This document shows positions 59,957-64,000 of a stretch of 64,000 nucleotides of DNA, in pieces. The notes under the pieces are model-generated. The model had not been told where the DNA came from. It was given only the letters and a program-made list of their open reading frames with translations, and did no database searches. A program made the translations under genes and the position numbers. The stretch's first letter is position 1, and each line of letters starts with the position of its first letter. Source of the stretch: Candidatus Latescibacterota bacterium (GTDB lineage Bacteria; Latescibacterota; UBA2968; UBA8231); contig OZ242214.1 in the NCBI GenBank assembly GCA_965206595.1, forward strand, positions 4,160,001 to 4,224,000. Direction: 5' to 3'.

Positions 59957-60565
59957 ATGACCCGCTCTTTCTCCCGCGAGCAGGCGCTGGACCTGATGCA
60001 CGCCTACACCTCTTCCGAAGGACTGCGCCGCCATATGTACGCCGTCGAGATCGCCATGCGCGCGTGCGCCCGCAGATACGGCGCCGACGAGGAGGCCTGG
60101 GGCCTGGCAGGCCTCCTCCACGACTTCGACTACGAGCGCCATCCGAACGAGGAGCAGTCCGCTACAGAGGGGCACCCGGCCTACGGGGTCTCACTCCTTC
60201 GCGAGCGCGGCTTTCCCGAGGAGCTCTGCCGGGCCATCCTCGCGCACGCCTCCTACTCGGGAGTGCCCCGCGACACTCCGGTGGCCCGCGCCCTGTTCGC
60301 CGTGGACGAGCTCTGCGGCTTCCTCGTAGCCTGTGCCCTGGTGCGCCCTTCGCGAAGCCTGGGAGACCTCACGGTCAGGAGCGTCAGAAAAAAACTCAGG
60401 GACAAGGCCTTCGCCCGCGGCGTCGACCGCGGGGAGCTTGCTCAAGGTGCCGAAGAGCTCGGAGTCGCTCTCGAAGAGCACATCCTCTTCGCGATCGAGG
60501 CGCTGCGGCCGGAGGAAGAAAAACTCGGACTCGGCCCGTCCCGGGAATCTGCTCCCGGTCCTTGA
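59957..60565 (+). CDS. HD-domain phosphohydrolase
   Basis: L.RH..AVE..M, GLLHDFDYE, DEL.G...A...RP and V.SV.KK..DK.FA.GV.R. Confidence 0.9.
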   Translation: MTRSFSREQALDLMHAYTSSEGLRRHMYAVEIAMRACARRYGADEEAWGLAGLLHDFDYERHPNEEQSATEGHPAYGVSLLRERGFPEELCRAILAHASYSGVPRDTPVARALFAVDELCGFLVACALVRPSRSLGDLTVRSVRKKLRDKAFARGVDRGELAQGAEELGVALEEHILFAIEALRPEEEKLGLGPSRESAPGP

Positions 60566-60641
60566 CGCCGCCTGTCGGTTGCGCTCTTTCCCAAGCTTCC
60601 GACTGCATCCACCTCCAACCCACAACCCTGGAAAATCGTTC

Positions 60642-61819
60642 ATGGCCAAGTACCGCACCGCCATCATCGCCTGCGGCGTCATCGGCCGCGTCCACACCCG
60701 CGGCTGGCTCGGAGTTCCCGGCCGGCCTGTCGAGATCGGCGCCCTCGCCGACACCAACCCCGACGCCCTGCGGGAATTCGGAGACTTCTTCGGCGTAGGC
60801 GAGGAACACCGCTACTCCGACTACCGCGAGATGCTCGACGAGGAGCGGCCCGACTTCGTCGATGTCTGCTCCTGGCACCAGCAGCACGCCGAAATGGTCA
60901 TCGCCGCGGCCGCGCGGCGTCCCAAGGCGATCCTCTGCCAGAAGCCGATGGCCGGCGACCTCGGTGCGGCCGACCGCATGCTGATGGCATGCAGGCGCAA
61001 CTTCGTCAAGCTCGTCATCGCCTTTCAGCGCCCCCACCACGCCGTCTGGCTCAAGGCTCGCGACCTTCTCGCAGAGGGGGTGATCGGAGAGATCAGGCGC
61101 ATCGAGCTCGAGTGCGGGGGCAACATCCTCAACACGAACTCCCACAACATCCGCCTCGGTCTGTTTCTCATGGGCGACCCGCAGGTCGAGTGGGTCGTCG
61201 GCACAACCGAGCGCACAGCCGACACCTACGAACGCGGGCTTCCCGCCGAGGATTCCACACTGGGCATCGCCGGTTGCAGCAAGGGGCGACGCTGCTCATC
61301 CAGGGCGGCGATATCGCCAGCGCCGGTCTCGGCCAGGGTTGCCGCGTGTTGGGCTCGGAAGGGATCATGGAGCTCTCCACCGGCCGCAGGCCGGACAGCG
61401 ACATCCCTGCCGACGAGGGGATGTACTCGCCGGAAGGCCCGTCGGCGCGCTACAACGCCGAGTTCGGTACCGCCCGCTACCTCAATGCCTCGACCTCCGG
61501 GTGGCAGGAGATCGAGGCGCCGTTTCACGACTCCTGGGCGCACCAGTGCCAAGAGGCGATCGACTGGGTCGAGGGCCGCATCGACAACCCGATCAGCCGC
61601 GGCGACCACGGCCGCGCCGTCCAGGAGGTGATGATGGCCCTGTTCGAATCGGCGCGGAAGCGGCAGCGCATCCGCATGCCGCTGCGGACCAAGCTCAACC
61701 CGCTGGCGCACATGATCGAAAACGGCGACCTCCCGGTCGAATGGCCTGGGTATTCCGAGGTGCGCTCCGGCATCGTGCGCGGGGAGGCGATGTCCTGGCA
61801 CGATTCGCAGGCGTCCTGA
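60642..61819 (+). CDS. Gfo/Idh/MocA oxidoreductase with an apparent frameshift
   Basis: MAKYRTAIIACG.IG and C(Q)KP. The frame switches at the G4 run 61283-61286; one extra G restores ...GCSKGATLLIQG... through to the stop at 61819. Confidence 0.8.
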
Positions 61820-61903
61820 AGATGGGCTGCCGGGTACCGGAGGAGGCCGGGTTGACCGCCGGAGGTCCAGAGGTCCCGTGAAGCTCCGGAGCCGGTGGAG
61901 CCC

Positions 61904-62800
61904 TCAGCCGCTGATGATCATGCCCTTGGAGTCGTGGCGCTGCTTCAGGTGCTTCGGGTCCTCGTCTCCCTTGCCGCTTTTGATCCGCTTCATGTAGCTG
62001 GCGTAGCGCCGGGGCATCTCCGATTTGCGCCAGCGCAGAAAGGCGCGTTCGTGGCGATCGCGATTGGCCGGGGAGGCCGCGGCAGGAACCTCGATGGTCC
62101 CGAAGGTCACAGCGGTTTCCCGGCGGGACAGGCTGACGATTTCCCCCTTGCTGACGATGAGGGTCACTCCGACGTTCGCCTCGACGATCGGCACGCCGTT
62201 CTCGCGGGCCCTCGCCAGCACCGCCTTGTCCTGTTCTTTCGAGCGCGAGCCGAAGGAGGGGATCAGCAGGTACTGCGCCCCGTCGAGGACGGGAATGCGG
62301 GCGATGTCGGAATTCCAGCGATCGTTGCAGATCAGGAACCCGCAGCGCCCGAAGGGGGTGTTGCAGGCGCGGCTCTTCTTCCCCAGCCGGTTGAACCACC
62401 AGGACCGGTGGGAGCCCTCGGCGAGTTGCATCTTGTGGTACTTGCCGCGGATGCGGCCGGTCTGATCGATGAAGAGGGCGCAGTTGAAAACATTCCTGCC
62501 GATGCGCTCGGCGAGCCCGAAGGCCAGGCAGATCTTCAGCTCCCGCGCCAGCTCGCGAAAACGGCCGATCACCAGGCTGCGCATGGTCAGCGCCACTTCC
62601 TTCATGCGCTCCGCCGGCTGTTCGCCGGAAATGATCGGGCTTACTACGTACCCCTCGAGAACTCCTTCCGGGGCTACGGCGAGCCGGGCGCCCCCGGCGG
62701 CGGCCTTGCGGAACATCTCCTCCAGTCGGTCGGCGTTCCCCTGCAGGCCGAACTTCTCGGGGACGAACGAAATGGCGGCCGCGGTCACTTCCTGAAACAT
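61904..62800 (-). CDS. Carbon-nitrogen hydrolase (nitrilase superfamily)
   Basis: Glu-Lys-Cys triad: APEG.LEGY, YHK.QL and LICND. Confidence 0.9.
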   Translation of the reverse strand: MFQEVTAAAISFVPEKFGLQGNADRLEEMFRKAAAGGARLAVAPEGVLEGYVVSPIISGEQPAERMKEVALTMRSLVIGRFRELARELKICLAFGLAERIGRNVFNCALFIDQTGRIRGKYHKMQLAEGSHRSWWFNRLGKKSRACNTPFGRCGFLICNDRWNSDIARIPVLDGAQYLLIPSFGSRSKEQDKAVLARARENGVPIVEANVGVTLIVSKGEIVSLSRRETAVTFGTIEVPAAASPANRDRHERAFLRWRKSEMPRRYASYMKRIKSGKGDEDPKHLKQRHDSKGMIISG

Positions 62801-62900
62801 GAAACCCTCCTCTCAGGTTTGGCCGGCAGCAGGTAAATAGCCGTCTTGCAGGCCGGCACCGGGGAAAGATGGCATAACCGAACGCGATCCGGGCCGGCGG

Positions 62901-63980
62901 TCAGGGGGCGGCGTAGCGCCTGACGGCGTCCATGTCGAGGGTCACCCCGAGCCCGGGGGCTTCGGGAACCTGCACGGCGCCGTCGACCACGGGGAATCCC
63001 TCCACCACGCAGTCGTCCTGCTTTGCCCAGAACCCGACGAAATCGTGGGGCCGGGACAGACTCGGACCCGCGGCGCAGACGTGCAGCCCCAGGGCGTTGT
63101 TCACTCCCAGACCGACGTACTGCGTCCAGCAGGGAAGGCCGAGTTTTTCCGCCATGGCCGACAGCCGCACGGTCTCGACGGCGCCCGGCGCCCCGATGAT
63201 GGCGTAGTCCAGGGCTTGGGCCGACCACATGGTCAGCAGCTGCTCGGCCCCCGTGTGCTCGGCGACCGGGAAGCCGATGCGCTGCCGGAGGCGCCGCCAT
63301 TCGTTGAAGCTGCCGCCGTGTGCGCCGGTGATGATCGGTGACTCCAGACAGTCGAGGCGGTGCCCTTCGAGCCGGCGCGCCACCTCTTCGGCTGCCCACA
63401 CTTCCTCGAGCCGGCGCCGGATGTCGGGACGCACATCCATCTCCGGCAGGTCGCGGTGGATGGCCTCGACGCGGTCGACGACGTAGTCGATCCGCTCGCT
63501 CAGATGCGGCGTCCCGGTAATGCATTTCATCTTGTAGGTGCGGAAGCCGCGCTCCCAGCCCCAGACCGCGTCCGCGGCGGTGTTCTCGACGGTCTTGTAC
63601 CCTGTGCACAAAGTGACCGGGATCCGGTCCCTGACGGCGCCGCCGAGCAGCTCGGACACCGGGCACCCCAGCACCTTGCCGCGGATGTCGAGGGTGGCGC
63701 ACTCGTATGCCTCCGCGGCGAGGGCTCCCTGTGGCAGCCGGGACTGCCTGAGTGGATCGAGCCCGATCCAGTCCTCGACCGCAGCAGCTACGGTCGCCCG
63801 GTCGATCCCGTGCATGCCCAGTTCCCCGAGACCCTCGACTCCTTCGTCGCAGCGGACCACGACCAGCAGGTTGCCGGTGAGGCGGTGAGTCGGCATGCCG
63901 TTCTCCTCGTCCGACCAGGCCCAGGGCCGGTCCGGGACGTGGACTTCGTACAGGTCAACAGCGGCGATTTTCACGCTCAC
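62901..63980 (-). CDS. Mandelate racemase / muconate-lactonizing enzyme (enolase superfamily)
   Basis: G.EGLGE, A..DI.GK..G.PV..LLGG, KxK (YKMK), D/E/E metal ligands and P..PGLG..LD. Confidence 0.9.
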   Translation of the reverse strand: MSVKIAAVDLYEVHVPDRPWAWSDEENGMPTHRLTGNLLVVVRCDEGVEGLGELGMHGIDRATVAAAVEDWIGLDPLRQSRLPQGALAAEAYECATLDIRGKVLGCPVSELLGGAVRDRIPVTLCTGYKTVENTAADAVWGWERGFRTYKMKCITGTPHLSERIDYVVDRVEAIHRDLPEMDVRPDIRRRLEEVWAAEEVARRLEGHRLDCLESPIITGAHGGSFNEWRRLRQRIGFPVAEHTGAEQLLTMWSAQALDYAIIGAPGAVETVRLSAMAEKLGLPCWTQYVGLGVNNALGLHVCAAGPSLSRPHDFVGFWAKQDDCVVEGFPVVDGAVQVPEAPGLGVTLDMDAVRRYAAP

Positions 63981-64000
63981 TCTCCTTGAGGCGGGGTCGG

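Overview
GC-rich bacterial DNA with about 50 genes and no rRNA, tRNA, CRISPR array or transposase. The gene content suggests an FCB-related lineage such as Candidatus Latescibacterota (inference): FlgD-Ig/T9SS-like C-terminal domains, ASPIC/UnbV proteins, a DUF6785-like membrane protein and many oxidoreductases. Highlights: (1) a hidden secreted selenoprotein at 11552-12436, with an in-frame UGA in a UxxC redoxin motif, a bacterial SECIS-like hairpin and a T9SS type-A-like tail, in an operon with a TlpA and near a DUF6029-like barrel; (2) an archaeal-type CoA biosynthesis pair (pantoate kinase and phosphopantothenate synthetase) next to comA; (3) a ~28 kb envelope locus (24-52 kb, plus a paralog at 58-60 kb) with two paralogous ~950-aa Asp-rich putative outer-membrane proteins, a parvulin lipoprotein, four related proteins with 'PNGD' C-terminal domains, four ASPIC/UnbV proteins, two TPR lipoproteins and a protein with a short 'SWGRIK' tail, which may be an uncharacterised secretion or surface-display system. 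Smaller items are a MITE-like element, a stand-alone PolX N-terminal domain, a gene remnant and two apparent frameshifts. All family calls are from motif recognition by eye; no searches were run.
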